Source of the DNA: Octopus vulgaris
Taxonomy: Eukaryota
Length of the DNA stretch: 64,000 nucleotides
Direction of reading: 5' to 3'
Assembly: GCA_951406725.2 (NCBI GenBank)
Contig: OX597820.1
Span: 27,218,001-27,282,000, forward strand
Shown here piece after piece: positions 24,369 to 42,208 of this stretch (its first letter is position 1; every line of letters starts with the position of its first letter). A program made the position numbers and the translations under genes. Under the pieces are notes generated by a model, which was not told where the DNA came from, did not search any database, and saw only the letters and a list, made by a program, of their open reading frames with translations.

Positions 24369-25067
24369 TATCTATCTGTCACTCAAACTTTCTCTTTGGC
24401 TCTCTATATTTTCATTTCTTTGTAATAGCCATGTGATTTCAGAAGTTACGCTCACGCTAAACCGTGAGATTTCGGGTTCGACATCATTGCCAAACTATAA
24501 CGAGCAAGCGTCTCTTACCATATTCTCGGTTCAACTCTAGCTTTGTGAGCGAAATTGTTTGACGGAAACTGAAAGACTGCCTGTCGGACTGATTGTTTTT
24601 CGTAATTCAAAGATACAACGATCTGACAATGTGTTTATCAGGGAATAATATTAAAGGAAATAGGTAATGTAGCGCGTAATGTCGGGATGTGTAGTCCGCA
24701 GTGGACCTCCAGACGACTTTATATTTTTATGTGTTTGCTGTGGTAGGACGTTTTGATACGTCTAACGAACGGGGAGACAGATATGGTTGCCGCATATGGC
24801 GGCCAAAAGTCACGTTACGTCGTTAATGGTCACCTATTGAAAATATAAATCAATGAGTTGGCAGTTCATTTAATTGAACAACTGGCAAACACCATCGTCG
24901 AAACAGACGAAGAGCCATTTGCATCTGATATTATCTACTTTAACAAACACACGTACGCTCACTCACAAATACATGACATACATTCATATATATATATATA
25001 TATATATACAAGCGTACATATATATATATATATACTGATATATATATACATATACATACATATATAT

Positions 25068-25110
<43 letters not shown>

Positions 25111-25166
25111 TATATATATATGTACGCTTGTATATATATATATAAACATATATGTATGTATGTATA

Positions 25167-25558
25167 TACTCTTTACTCTTTTTACTCTTTTACTTGTTTC
25201 AGTCATTTGACTGCGGCCATGCTGGAGCATGGCCTTTAATCGAGCAACTCGACCCCGGGATTTATTCTTTTTGTAAGCCCAGTACTTATTCTATCGGTCT
25301 CTTTTGCCGAACCGCTAAGTAACGGGGACATAAACACACCAGCATCGGTTGTCAATCAATGCTGGAGGGACAAACACAGACACACAAACACACACACATA
25401 CATATACATATATATACATATATACGATGGGCTTCTTTCAGTTTCCGTCTACCAAATCCACTCACAAGGCTTTGGTCGGCCCGAGGCTATAGCAGAAGAC
25501 ACTCACCCAAGGTGCCACGCAGTGGGACAAGCTACTTACCACACAGCCACTCCTGCGC

Positions 25559-25560
<2 letters not shown>
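25167..25560 (-). mobile_element. SINE A
   Basis: Family match; tail (GTAAAAGA)n. Confidence 0.9.
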
Positions 25561-25619
<59 letters not shown>

Positions 25620-25621
<2 letters not shown>

Positions 25622-25885
25622 TATATTATATTGAGGGTACTACTATTCGTAGATACCAACACGCTAAGAGGGACCAATGCGGTCAAAACTACTAAAAATA
25701 AACAAAATTTTACCGAATGCAAAACTTCAAAACACATCATTTTAAAAAAGAATTCAGTTTTAAAATGATGTGTTTTGAAGTTTTGCATTTGGTAAAATTT
25801 TGTTTATTTTTAGTAGTTTTGACCGCATTGGTCCCTCTTAGCGTGTTGGTATCTACGAATAGTAGTACCCTCAATATAATATAAA
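25620..25885. repeat. Near-perfect inverted repeat, 128-bp arms, 10-nt spacer
   Basis: 25620-25747 is the reverse complement of 25758-25885 with one mismatch seen. Confidence 0.95.
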
Positions 25886-25999
25886 TGAATATTTTCAAAG
25901 AGGAAGAATTTACGGATTTTTTCTCTTACGAGGTTTTTCACGCTGACTACTGATAATTTCTTTTAAAGATTTTATCCTCAATTGTTAAAAAAAAAAAAA

Positions 26000-27002
<1,003 letters not shown>

Positions 27003-27674
27003 CACCAACATATGTGTGCTTGTACGCATATACATAGAAAACTACATACCTACAGTCATACGGACACACACACACACATATACAGATGGATAGATATTGA
27101 TATAAATATAGCGTGATTGTGCGCGCGTGCGAGTGTGATTCTGTGCCTCTGTGTGTAGGTGTCTCCATGAATATATGCACATAACCCGGAAGAAGAAAAA
27201 AATAGCAGAAAAATAAAAAAAATAAAATAAAACACTGATTTTAAAGCGGTGGTTATTATGGCAGGATAATATGTTAAAGCAAGGAAAGGAGTGTCCAGTA
27301 AAGTGTTTTGTGTGGCCACTACTACATTTTTAAGATGTTTCTTCGCCGCCGTCACCATCACGTGACACAGATCGTCTGCTGGCTCGGCGTTGCACGTATC
27401 AATTGAAAAAAGAGACCAAGATTTATTGTTAATTCCCGCCATCACCAGAAATCACATGTACCACTATCGACACCGCCGCAATAGAGGCGATATTAAAACC
27501 ACTACAATGTGAAGAATTTCCGATTAAAGACTATATCGGTTATTTGCCGGCGAACCTCTTATCAGGAGAAGCGGTATAGACCGATTTCGATATGGTCATA
27601 TATGTTGGTTGTAGTAGTGGTGACTGTTGGTGTTTAGTGATATTGTTGATGTTGGTGTCGGGGAAGGCGTGGCG

Positions 27675-27722
27675 TGTGTATGTGTGTGTGTGTGTGTGAG
27701 TGTGTGTGAGTGTGTGTGTGTG

Positions 27723-27817
<95 letters not shown>

Positions 27818-27912
27818 TGTGTGTGTATGTGTGTGCGTGAGTGTGTGTGTGTGTGTATGTGTGCCTGTGTGTGTGTGTGTGTATGTGTGTGTGTGTATGT
27901 GTATGTGTGTGT
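27675..27912. repeat. (TG)n microsatellite
   Basis: Direct inspection. Confidence 0.97.
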
Positions 27913-28296
27913 TATCATGCGATTCAATTGAAAGAAAAGGATGGGGAGTGAACTTCCCTTAGCTGCTTTGACGGAGATTACTCTATAGACTCTCAGACTC
28001 CCTGGATACCACTTGTTACACCAAGCAACCATTTGACGCGCACTGATGAGTGTATAACACGTACACACGCACACACACACAAACACACACACACTAGTTT
28101 ATCTAGAGTCGTATACACTGGACACTCCTTTCCTCGCGGACAACCCACCACTCATAAATACATACATACATTTATTTATATGTGTGTGTGTTTGTGTGTA
28201 TGTATCTGTATATATGACAAATACATTATATATGTTCATCATTATATATTTGTGAATATGTGTGCGAGCGCGCGCACGTGTAGGTATGTATATATG

Positions 28297-28348
<52 letters not shown>

Positions 28349-28646
28349 TGTGTATGCGTGTGTATGTGCATGAAAGTATGTTAGTGTTCATGTGTGTGTA
28401 TATATATATATACAAACGAGCATACATACAAACGCACATACATGCAGAAATCATCGATTATACACACACACACACTCAAACACGCATGTATATCTTAATT
28501 TTGGGACATCGTCCAACTACAGTCACATACATATGTACAGATGTACATGACCACAAACATACGGGCATAGAAAAAAATATGCACGTGAGTATGTGTATGT
28601 GTGCGCGCGCACACGTGAGTATGCGTATGTACTTGTGTGTGTGTGT

Positions 28647-28695
<49 letters not shown>

Positions 28696-28965
28696 TATAT
28701 TTATGTGCTTACTTATGCCGATAAGCATTGAGTGAAAGCAAAAGTCAAATATTTATTTAATAGTTAGTACAGCTGAACGATTCGAAAGCTGCCGTTAATT
28801 TCATGTAAGGAATAGATTTTACTCAAATGCTGGAAGGCTGTGTGCTCCACAGAATGTTCGTGTCACGAATTTTGAGCCTGATAGAAGAAACATGCCTTGG
28901 GAGCCAATCGAAAGCAGACTTTAGTTTTTAAATGAAACCTGTGGTAATCTGCATATATATCATTA

Positions 28966-29405
28966 CTAGCAGTATAGCCCGGCGTTGCTCGGGTTTGTTT
29001 TTCATTTGCACTTAAAACGGCAGACTTTGGTGTCGCGTTAACAACGTTTCGACATAGTTTCAATCTTTTTTGAAAAGTAAAAATTTTGCATTATATAGCT
29101 TGCTATTCTCTTTAAGTGAACATTTTCTGGTTGAAATACACCGAAAAATGGCAACGCAGCAGTCAAAAAATTGTAAAAAATAAGGATGTTCATAGAAAAA
29201 ATAAAGCACCTTTTTGATGTAAATAATTTTTGGTATTAACATGGTCCGATTTGAATTTTATCTTCTACTGAATGAAGAGCAAGCCTTCTATCATAGTTTC
29301 AATTTTGGTCAACTTGCGCTGCAGGGTCTCGGAGGAGATGGTGGTAGTTGAAGGCTACCAAACCTGCCACACACACACAGACAACTTCAGCTTTATATGT
29401 ATAGA
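28966..29405 (-). mobile_element. Non-autonomous Helitron
   Basis: Minus strand: A|TCTATAC...(TG)n...subterminal hairpin CCCGAGCAACGCCGGG...CTAG|T, no TSD. Confidence 0.8.
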
Positions 29406-30103
29406 TGTTATACTCAGTAAGATAGGCCGTTGATGTTAAATAAAGATCTCTGTAGCTGTAAGATTTGTTGTATATATAAATAGATTTGGCTGCTTGTTTC
29501 TCTGGTATTGCTCAAGTTATGGAAACACATCTGATAAGACTCCAATAAAGGTAGAGCCTCGATCAGGAACGTTCACCATTTTTCAACCTACGGAAAAATA
29601 AGTTAAATTTGCTATGCTTATATCTTTATTATATATGCTTACGTACACTCTCGCACGTGCAAGCGTACATGCGCACACGCGGGCGCGCTCATACACTTAC
29701 ACATACACACACACAAGCATATATATATAGCTGTATCAGGAGGGGCATTTTGCCTATAAAACACACACACTGGTTTTTTATTCATATGCTATTATTAAAT
29801 TTAGCAATATGACTAATTCTAATTGTTTTTAATTAAGGCACAAGGCCAGTAAGTTATTTGATACCATCAATTCTAGTGCATGGCTAGTGCTTTATTTTTA
29901 TCATATTAAAACTCCGGTTTTCGTGTATTGCACTTATCAAGCCTTGATACATGATAAACGCCATGGACAATCCGAAATTGCAAGGATGATCCGGTTCTTG
30001 ACTGAAGATTAGAGGCTTCGAATGACCCGTCCGTTTTTGTGTCGTCTATTTGAGTGTTTTGCGTCCTTGTCCCATTTTGTATTTTTTTATATATATTTTT
30101 TAT

Positions 30104-30187
<84 letters not shown>

Positions 30188-30258
30188 ATGTACGCAATAT
30201 ATGTATATATGCATGTACACATCCACACACACACTCACATGCATAAGAACGTGAGTAA

Positions 30259-30666
30259 TTACTCTTTTACTTGTTTTAGTCATTTGACTGCCGCCATGCT
30301 GGAGCACCGCCTTTAGTCGAGGAAATCGACCCCAGGACTTATTCTTTGTAAACCCAGTACTTATTCTATCGGTCTCTTTCGCCGAACCGCTAAGTTACGG
30401 GGTCGTAAACAGACCCACATCGGTTGTCAAGCGATGTTGTGGGGGGGGGGGGGGCACAAACACAGACACACAAACACACGCATATATATACATATACATA
30501 TATACGACTGGCTTCTTTCAGTTTCCATCTACCAAATCCACTCACAAAGCTATGGTCGATCCGAGCCTATAGTAGAAGACACTTGCCCAAGGTGGTACGC
30601 AGTGGGACTGAACCCGTAACTATGTGGTTCGTAAGCAAGCTACTTACCACGGAGCCACTCCTGCGC
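30259..30666 (-). mobile_element. SINE A
   Basis: Family match. Confidence 0.88.
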
Positions 30667-31582
30667 CAAGTTTTTCATATTTGATTTGAAACAAAAATTC
30701 GACACTTTTCGTCAGTTGACAATATATTTAAAACTAAGATCCATCATAACTGGGTATAATGCAGGACACGAATAAATTGGCAACAAACTATTAACAGTTT
30801 GAATTGAAGATAACACGCATACAAAGAAAAAAAAATAACTATGAAAGCTTTCCCAGTAGCAATTTCCAAATTGACATTAAACATAGTCATCCATTACACT
30901 CTAGAAATATATTATGATATAAGTTATAGCAATGCTTTTTGCAGTATAATTTTAAATCCAGTGCTGATGATTATATGACTTAGAAAATTATGTCCTAAAC
31001 CATTTGCAACTTATTGCAAAGCGCGCGGGCAGCACACCTTTAACTGGTATGTATTTTGAAAATGCGAGCCTGAATGATTCAAACCATCAGACTAATGGAT
31101 GTAGGAGTGTCACTCGATACTAAACAAAAAAGGTTTGAATACAGATGTGTTATTAATATGGCATACTTGAAGGAAAAACTTGCAGCTTACACACGCATAT
31201 GCACACGTACACAGACTCACATACACACACACACACACACTTTGATTTCTAGGATAGGCACATACTTTATATTACAAGATCGGTATGGTCGGTATTATGA
31301 GTGGTATTGTTTTATTGGACCTGGAAAGACGTAACGTATTATTTTACTTTTGTGGAATTTGAACTTGAATAAACGAAGCGATATGCTGCATGGAAGCTTG
31401 CCTGATAGTTTAAATTTGTTAACGGTCAACCTCTACCAACACACATCTTTTTCTTATTCTAGCCATCACGGCTAAGGGCTTGCTACAGTTCATCTGTCTG
31501 ACTGCCTGCCTACCTACCTACCTGTCTGTCTGTCTGCCTGCCAGCCTATAAGCATGAATGCGCATATATGCGTGTATGTGTG

Positions 31583-32067
<485 letters not shown>

Positions 32068-32568
32068 ATATATGCCTATATATATATAAACACATCCAGA
32101 CATACATATATACATTCATACAATACACACAGCTCCCACCTAATATCTGTCAGGTATTTTTCATAAGTCAGAAAATATCAGGCACTCGCATAGAAGGCAA
32201 TAGAGTGTGTATATTATTTAAACAGTATTATAAATGTAATCTCATAACAGCCAATTCATGTTGTCGAACGGTTCCATGTTAAAGAACACTTCAACTGTGA
32301 GAGGGTATTTAAAGAATTGTCATACAGGCCTGAATGAACAACTGTTTTTTAATAGGACTTTTATGATACGTTCTTTATTGTTGCTACCCGTTGTAGTGCG
32401 TTTTTGAGAAAGATAAATAATTAATATATGTATGTTACATATTCACTGTTATCGATCTCACGAATGGGAAATGTGTTAAATTACCCTAACACATTTTGAA
32501 ATTTTTTAACACGAAAACATTCAGCAATATAAATTGGGTGTTATGAAACTGAATTTATAATATACAAC

Positions 32569-32678
<110 letters not shown>

Positions 32679-32755
32679 GCCTGTGTATGTATGTATGTAT
32701 GTATGTATGTATGTATGTATGTATGCATGTATGTATGTATGTATGCATGCATCTA

Positions 32756-32814
<59 letters not shown>

Positions 32815-33324
32815 GTAGACATATACATATGCACATGTACATACTTATACATACAAAAGCATACATATATACATACATATGTGTGTGTGCGTGCGTGCGC
32901 GTGTGCATGTGTGCGTGACAAGTACGTGAGTCAAAATGAATACTCAGTTGTCAAAGCGCAGTCATAATGTTGACAATCTAAATATAACAAAATTTAATTA
33001 AACAAAGGAAAAAAAAAACACAAAAGGTCAATATGCAAAACAAAACTAAGAAATGGATATTAAAAAAAAAAAACAAAAAAAAAACAGCAACTAATTTCAA
33101 GCACGTGCTTTGAATAAAAATTCGCCCATTCACCTCCTCGTTGTTTCAAGTGTTTATTTGTAAACTTGGCATGTGACGATGATAGGAAAAGATACGCATA
33201 GAAACCTATTATCTGGCAACGTAGCTCAGCAAACGAAAAATATAAATTTTGAAGTTACCATGTTGAACGTAGGAATCGTTCATTTCATTCATATTTTGTC
33301 TTTTATTTGTTTCAATCATTGGAC

Positions 33325-33743
33325 TCTCTCTTTTACTCTTTTACTTGTTTCAGTCATTTGACCGCGGCCATGCTGGAGCACCGCCTTTAATCGAGCAACT
33401 CGACCCCGGGACTTATTCTTTTGTAAGCCCAGTACTTATTCTATCGGTCTGTTTTGCCGAACCGCTAAGTGATGGGGACATAAACACACCAGCATCGGTT
33501 GTCAAGCAATGCTAGGGGACAAACACAGACACACAAACACACGCACATACACACACACACACATATATATACATATATACGACGGGCTTCTTTCAGTTTC
33601 CGTCTACCAAATCCACTCACAAGGCTTTGGTCAGCCCGGGGCTATAGCAGAAGACACTTGCCCAAGGTGCCACGCAGTGGGACTGAACCCGGAACCATGC
33701 TGTTGGTAGACAAGCTACTTACCACACAGCCACTCCTGCGCCT
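33325..33743 (-). mobile_element. SINE A (young-looking)
   Basis: Family match. Confidence 0.9.
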
Positions 33744-34048
33744 ATGGCAACTTGAACAAAATCGAGTCCACAACCCAGTACTTACCTTTATGGTTTTTTT
33801 TACTTTTTCTATCGTTTCTCTTATGCCGAACCAACAGTAAACGACATAAAATAGGAAAACAAATTAGTTAAATACGCAAATAACGAGAGAAAAAAAGGGA
33901 AAACAGGACAAGTAATACGAAAAATACAAAGAACGACCCTTTATTAGTTGTCGACTGCCTGGCTCCCTCTCTACTCCCCATTTCGAGCAATCAACGATAG
34001 TGTATGTATGCATATTTGGTAGATAGAAACTGTATGGAAACGCATCGT

Positions 34049-34122
<74 letters not shown>

Positions 34123-34133
34123 GTCTGTCTGTC

Positions 34134-34169
<36 letters not shown>

Positions 34170-34589
34170 AATAGTTTTCCGCACAACCTCCGTCTACCAA
34201 AGTCTACCAAATTCACTTAGAAAGTATTAGTCGAGCCTTCCCCAAGGTACTGTGAAATGAGACCGAACTCGAAACTTCCTGGTTGCAAAGCGAGCATTTC
34301 AACCACCAGCCACGCCTGCGCCAATATTCAACTGGTTTACAATATATTTACACAGCTTTAACCTGAACAGTATCTGACTTCGTTAAACATGAACCTAACG
34401 CAACGTTGTTACATTTTAGAGGAAATTTGTAAGATGTTGTGATCTTCATTCATTACTCATGATCATTGCTGACGTATGAGGAACGTTTTTAGGTAAGTAG
34501 ATTTCTCTGAAAAAAAACAAAAATTTGTGTAGGCAAGAATCATTTGACGACATTTGGAAAATAGAATAATTTTGGATAGGGAGACGTCT

Positions 34590-34812
34590 TAGGAGGTGGT
34601 AGTGGGAGGGCGATGGGGGTGGGGTGGGTGAAGGAGGAGGAGAAAAGGCAAAGGAAAGAAAAGGATAGGAAGAGGAGGAGTGAACGGGATATACGAGAAT
34701 GTGGTAGTTGTGAATGTAAGAAAGAAAGATGAGGTAATGAGGAAGAAAAGAATAACGAGAAATATTAGTGGAGATTGAAGGAAGGGTGAACCAAAAGAAT
34801 CAAAGGTGGTAC

Positions 34813-34854
<42 letters not shown>

Positions 34855-35170
34855 CAGCAACAAACGAAAATAAGAAGAGAGAAAATAAGAGGGAAGAAGG
34901 GGAAGAATAAGAATGAGAGCACAGGAAGAAGAAAGGAGGAAGAAAGAGGAAGAGAAAAGAAAAGGAAGGGGAGGCAGATGAAGGGGGAGAAAGAAGGAAG
35001 AAAGAAGAAAAACAAAAATATGAAGGGGAGGGAGAAGGGGAATAAAGATAAGGAAGAAGGGGCAGGGCGGGAAAAACAGGAGGAGGAGGAGGAGAGGAAA
35101 ATGTAGAATGAAGAGGAGAAGAAGAAGGAGGAACAGGAGGAAAATTAGAGGAGAGGGAAAATAGAAAGAT
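34590..35170. repeat. Purine-rich (GA) low-complexity tract with (TAG)n
   Basis: Strong strand asymmetry. Confidence 0.85.
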
Positions 35171-35989
35171 ATCCAAAATAAAGATTTAAAAGTCGGTGAT
35201 AACATGGTTTACTCATTCTTTTTCGGTATCTGCCATATATCTTTAACAAGATAGTAATTTTAAATTTAACAATAATAATTATTTTATATAATAGGACGGA
35301 ACGATTGCAGTGCATTATTGTCATTACCCTTGCTGATACAGACATCGGCTTTCTTTATTTTAAACTTATTACAGTGAAAAAGCCCTACACTATACACCGA
35401 AACCCCAAATTTCAGAAGGATAAATAGTTCAGTTATATTCCTCATACAAAATTATTACGGTGGCGATGCCGAACGAAATATATTTGAAACTCCATTTGGT
35501 TGTTTAGTAAAGTTGCATTCTACATAAATGTTCGGTTTATATTTCGCGCTTTGAATTTTCCCCAACAGACAATGTAATTATATTGATCTTAGTATTTAGC
35601 TAGTGCTTGATTTATCGATTAAAAAAAACAGAAATGCAAAATCGAATTCAGCGGTATTGAACAAATGGTGTGAGGAAATCTATCTCAGTACAAACACATT
35701 TGCTTCATTCTCATATCCAGACATACCCACAAACGCACATACATACACGCACACACAAACACACATACATTCTGGTGCAGTGCTCTCCTCCTCAAGCTAC
35801 CACATTCTCGATGTGTCACTTGGTCATAGGTCAGGGGTCACCAAAGAATTTATCTATGCATGCGACTATATATGGATCTGCAACGATTAGAAAAGACGGA
35901 GTATACACTCAAGGTACACCTGCTCTCGACTGAGGGTTGGCTGAACTTATACATACATACATACATACATATATATATGAGTGTATATA

Positions 35990-36071
<82 letters not shown>

Positions 36072-36089
36072 TGTATATATATATATATA

Positions 36090-36692
<603 letters not shown>

Positions 36693-37179
36693 TATATACA
36701 TATATATGATAAGGGAAGTATAGAATATACAGCATTACATTTACAAATATTTCAACAAGGTGTAGATTGTGACCAGCCTCGCATTATGTCTATACACATG
36801 GATGATAAGAGTGATTTACTGATACCCGTTAAGTAATGTATATTACAAAATAGCTTTAGCAGTCATTTACTCATAATCGAACGAACAAATATTATAAATA
36901 AAACATTGGTTATTCGTTAAAACAGGAAACACTTTGCAATAGCTTAGTTTGGGAGTGGTTAAAGTTTAGGATCTTGACAAGCAGGAAATCAAGTGGGATA
37001 GTTTCATTCTTTGATACTATGATTAAATAGTTATCATAGATTAACTGGCAGATTGGCAAATATAGGTTTCTTTATTCAAATGGGCACCGTAAACATCCGC
37101 ACCCTCTCCTCGCTATATATACATACATAAATACACACATACATACATACATACATACATACATACATACATACATACA

Positions 37180-37211
<32 letters not shown>

Positions 37212-37912
37212 GATATATATTGTATGTGCGTGTATGTCCGTATAAATATATGTATGCACATTTAAATGTGCATGAGAATACTCACACGCACACACACTTG
37301 TATATTGGTAACCAGAGTTTGCGGTTGTAGTAACCAACTAAGGGAGAAAAGTATCCGTATATTCTATCGGTATCAATTACCTGTGTTATCTTTGGGCATG
37401 GCTATGCAGGTGCACTATGCTCGTAGGGTACAGGTGACATCAGGATAAACAAAATTTTATCAGGAATCAAGTTTAAATAAAAAGAAAACGAAGAAAAATT
37501 TTGAAAGAAACTATGACACAACATTTCTATGACATAACATTTCTTACGGCCGTTTCCACATCCAATGTCAGTCGGTGCTTACGAAAGAATTTTGAAAATA
37601 ATATTCGTCATCTTCATAGGACATTCGATCTCGTACATGGAGCTTCATCAGAGTGAATACAAATGTGTAAAATAAAATAAACGAAGAGAAGAGGGAATAG
37701 GAAAAAACATGGCCTCGAGAAGAGCCCAGTAGGCTCAATATATTACAATCATACCATTTTGCAGCGTGGAGCTTTGAAGTCGATAGTCAAAAGAGTGAAC
37801 TAGCAGTAGTCTAAGGAAATATTTACGGGTTATTTCTATATAAAGAGGGAACCAAGATGTTTGAATAGTAGTGAAATGAAGTTAGCACATATATGTACAT
37901 ATGTATATATGC

Positions 37913-37947
<35 letters not shown>

Positions 37948-38244
37948 TATAGGTATATGCATATAACTAATTTAGAGACGAACCACAATTCCACAACTCA
38001 ATCAATGAAGAACGCGTCCAAAACCTTGCTGTGAGACATACACCATACAAATTACTAATCTAAAATTTTAATGACATATACCATACAAAATACGAATCTA
38101 AAATTTTAATAATATACAATATTGAACAGTAAGATTATTACAAGCAAATAATATATAAGAGCAAATATTTTTAAAAACACAGCGAATACTATACAAAGAA
38201 ACATTCATCACTAAAATATTAATCTAAAATCAAATAAATTATAA

Positions 38245-38253
38245 ATATATGCA

Positions 38254-38298
<45 letters not shown>

Positions 38299-38764
38299 TT
38301 ATATATAAATAATTAAATATATACATATATATATATATATTATATATAAATATGTATATATATATGTATATATGTACATATATATACATATATATACATA
38401 TATATTTATATATATTGTATACAAATATGTATATATATATGTGTATATGTACATATATACATATATATGTATTATATATATAAATATGTATATATATGTA
38501 TATGCTTATATATATATATATGTGTATATGTACATATATACATATATATGTATTATATATATAAATATGTATATATATGTATATGCTTATATATATATAA
38601 ATAATTAAATATATACATATTTATATATATTGTATATAAATATATATATATATGTATATATGTATATATATATACATATATATATATGTATGTATATACA
38701 TATATATATATATATATACATATATATATTATATATATATATACATATATATACACATATATTA

Positions 38765-38797
<33 letters not shown>

Positions 38798-38856
38798 GTA
38801 TGTATACATATATATATATATATATGTATGCATACATATATATATATGTATGTATG

Positions 38857-38904
<48 letters not shown>

Positions 38905-38958
38905 GAGAGAGAGAGAGAGCAATAGTATGTATGTATATATGTATATATATATATATAT
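38245..38958. repeat. Complex TA-rich satellite with higher-order duplicated blocks
   Basis: Recurrent block ATATGTACATATATACATATATATGTATTATATATATAAATATGT. Confidence 0.9.
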
Positions 38959-40155
38959 ATTGGGTCATCCTATAAATAATGCGGTTTTTTGAATTGCTTG
39001 AACTAAAAGTCAGAGGTGGCCGGAATGAACTGCTTGCATCAACTTGCTATAAAAGTAGGTAGTAATTTTACCTGGAACTTATTGTTAGTGCAAGTTATGA
39101 AGAGTGAAGTTCGAATTTAACATTTACGTTTTGTAAGCTATAATGGAAGTAAACAAAGGAGCATAGTCACCATATTCTATATTTGAATTAAAAAATGGCA
39201 ACAACACAACGGAGAGTGCTAGGAATATTAATGCAGTATATGGGGATCGGACAATAAGTGTAAGCCAGTGTCAAGGTGTTTCCAGAAATTTCGAGCCAGA
39301 AACTGCAGCTTAGAAGATCTGTAAAGTTTGACGAGGAAGTCCTGCAAACCCTGATGGAGCAAAATCCCATTGTAACTGCTGATGAACAGGCATAGAAGTT
39401 TGATTTTGTCATTCAACCAATCATCGATATCTGCTTGCCATGGGAAAAGTCAGCAAATTGGGTGAGTGGGTTCCTTACAAACTTTCCAAATCTAATCGCT
39501 CGCAGAGAGTGAATGTGTGCTTTTCTTTGCTGTTACATCACACGAACCGCACAGTGACTAGTGACGAGAAGTGGGTTCTCCATAAAAACGTTAAGAGCCG
39601 AAGGCAGAGGGCAGGGAAAGGAGAAACTCCAGCACACCAGGCTAAAGAAGGTCGTTTCCCACGTAAGGTGTTGTTATCTGTTTGATGGGATATGAAATGT
39701 TCAGTCCACTTTGAACTTTTAAACCCAAACCAAACGATAACAAAGGAGATCTACTGTGAGCAGCTGGAAAGGCTAAAGTCAGTGTTTTGAAGAAAAACGA
39801 CCATGTTTGATTTCAAGACGAAAAGTGTCCATCAGGATAATTCCCGGCCACATACAGCGAGGATGACATTCCAAACGCTGGAACGGTTTGAATGGAAAAC
39901 GATGCCCCATCCACCATATTCACCGGACCTTTGCCCCATCTGATTATCAGTTATACCGCAGTCTTCAAAATCATTTAGAATACGAATTCTTTAGATGAGG
40001 TCAGAAGAGTACTTGAGGAGTATTTTTCATCACGGTCAAGTGAATTTTGGAAGAGGATTCTTGCAAGTCTACCATATAGATGGAAGAGCATGGTAGAAAA
40101 TGAAGGAGAGTATATTTTAGATTAAAAAAGAAGTTTGTTCATCTTAATTTTGAAA
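38958..40155 (+). mobile_element. Mariner element (Mos1/Hsmar1-like), right TIR not found
   Basis: Left end TATTGGGTCATCCTATAAATAATGCGG at the end of a (TA)n tract; contains a transposase pseudogene. Confidence 0.87.
39143..40125 (+). pseudogene. Mariner DDD transposase pseudogene
   Basis: NINAVYGD, KLGEWVPYKL, VTSDEKWV, HQDNSRPH, HPPYSPDL-PSDY, LPYRWKSMVENEGEY; several stops and frameshifts. Confidence 0.9.
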
Positions 40156-40634
40156 TATATGTATATATATTTCTAACTTAAACAGAGAACACCATTATTC
40201 GATTAACTCAACCACCGATTTGTGGTTTAAATGTACTTCATATTATCGACTGGCTAATATATGATGCGTAAAATTATTCCTGGCGAGATTCGATCCCTTG
40301 ACGCTATGGGTCATAAATACTTTAAGGAATTGTATCCTACCATCTCCTATTTCAGTCATTCACCGATTTTTATTTGGTTAGATATCGACAGAGAAACACT
40401 AACACATTTCCTGCTATATATATTGTTTTCATCAATAAGAAATGAGAAATTATATATATATAAAAACAGACCAAAAAGAAAAATCAACATCAACAAAAAA
40501 AAAAAGCAAAAAAAAAAAACTGAAACAAAAGTACAAATGTTACATTCCTGAATAATATAGATTAGTTCATAAACGGGTTTGTTCTATTATACAAACCCAT
40601 CCTCTGTGTATCTAGGCCAACAGAGAACTTATCA

Positions 40635-40693
<59 letters not shown>

Positions 40694-40733
40694 TAACAAT
40701 AATAATAATAACAATAACAATAACAACAACAAC

Positions 40734-40784
<51 letters not shown>

Positions 40785-40820
40785 TATAATAATAATAACA
40801 ATAACAATAACAACAACAAC

Positions 40821-40882
<62 letters not shown>
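40635..40882. repeat. (TAA)n/(CAA)n microsatellite
   Basis: Direct inspection. Confidence 0.97.
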
Positions 40883-40883
<1 letters not shown>

Positions 40884-41250
40884 CCTTTTTACTGGAAGCA
40901 CAAAGCCTCAAATTTGGGGGAGGGAAAGGGATTAAGTGGATTTACATCGATCCCAGTGCTTAACTGGTACCTTATTTAATCGACCCCGAAAGGATGAAAG
41001 GCAAAGTCAACCTCGGCGGAATTTGAACTCAGAACGTAGCGGCAGGCGAAATACCTATTTCTTTACTACCCACAAGGGGCTAAACACAGAAGGGACAAAC
41101 AAGGACAGACAAACAGATTAAGTCGATTATATAGACCCCAGTGCGTAACTGGTACTTATTTAATCGACCCCAAAAGGATGAAAGGCAAAGTCGACCCCGG
41201 GGGAATTTGAACTCAGAAAGTAAAGACAGACGAAATACCGCTAAGCATCT
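40883..41250 (-). mobile_element. SINE B dimer (ii-i), head truncated
   Basis: Junction at 41055/41056. Confidence 0.87.
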
Positions 41251-41717
41251 GAACATCGTACGGGCGGCATCTGAACATCGTACATAAAGAAGGACAAAAT
41301 GCCGATAAGCATTTAGTCTGGCGCTCCAACGTTCACGTTAACAATGATAATAATAATAACAGCAATAGTACAAGCATCATCAACGACAACTACGATGATG
41401 ATGATGATGATATGAAGACCAACATTCTGTTGAAGAAGATAATGGAGCTGGTGGTGGTGGTGGTGGCATTTTAAGGAAAAGTAATTTCCTGCTTCGCTGA
41501 TTACATTTATGCATTACTAGTTTACGAGACTGCAGACTATGGTACCATTCGACTTTGCAGGTTAAAGTACCAACACCAAACGCGCGCGCGCGTGTATATA
41601 TATATATATATGTATATATGTGTGTATCTCTCTCTCTCTCCCTCTCTCTCTATATATATATAATATATATATCGTCGTCGTGGTATACACACACACACAC
41701 ATATTATATATATATAG

Positions 41718-42208
<491 letters not shown>

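Noticed and set aside
23919-24380. 12-bp TSD around LINE copy 4 (TATATATTTGTC versus TATCTATCTGTC)
   Set aside because: Two mismatches in low-complexity sequence. Suggestive but not reliable.
24600-24945. Higher-complexity islands (also 16270-16530, 27240-27620, 44830-45240, 46040-46310) as host exons or enhancers
   Set aside because: No recognisable protein motif or convincing splice structure. Conservation or RNA-seq data would be needed, and small exons cannot be excluded.
34589-35205. Pro/Ser/Leu/Phe-rich ORFs (also 57609-58243)
   Set aside because: These come from purine/pyrimidine-skewed low-complexity DNA with no domain signal.
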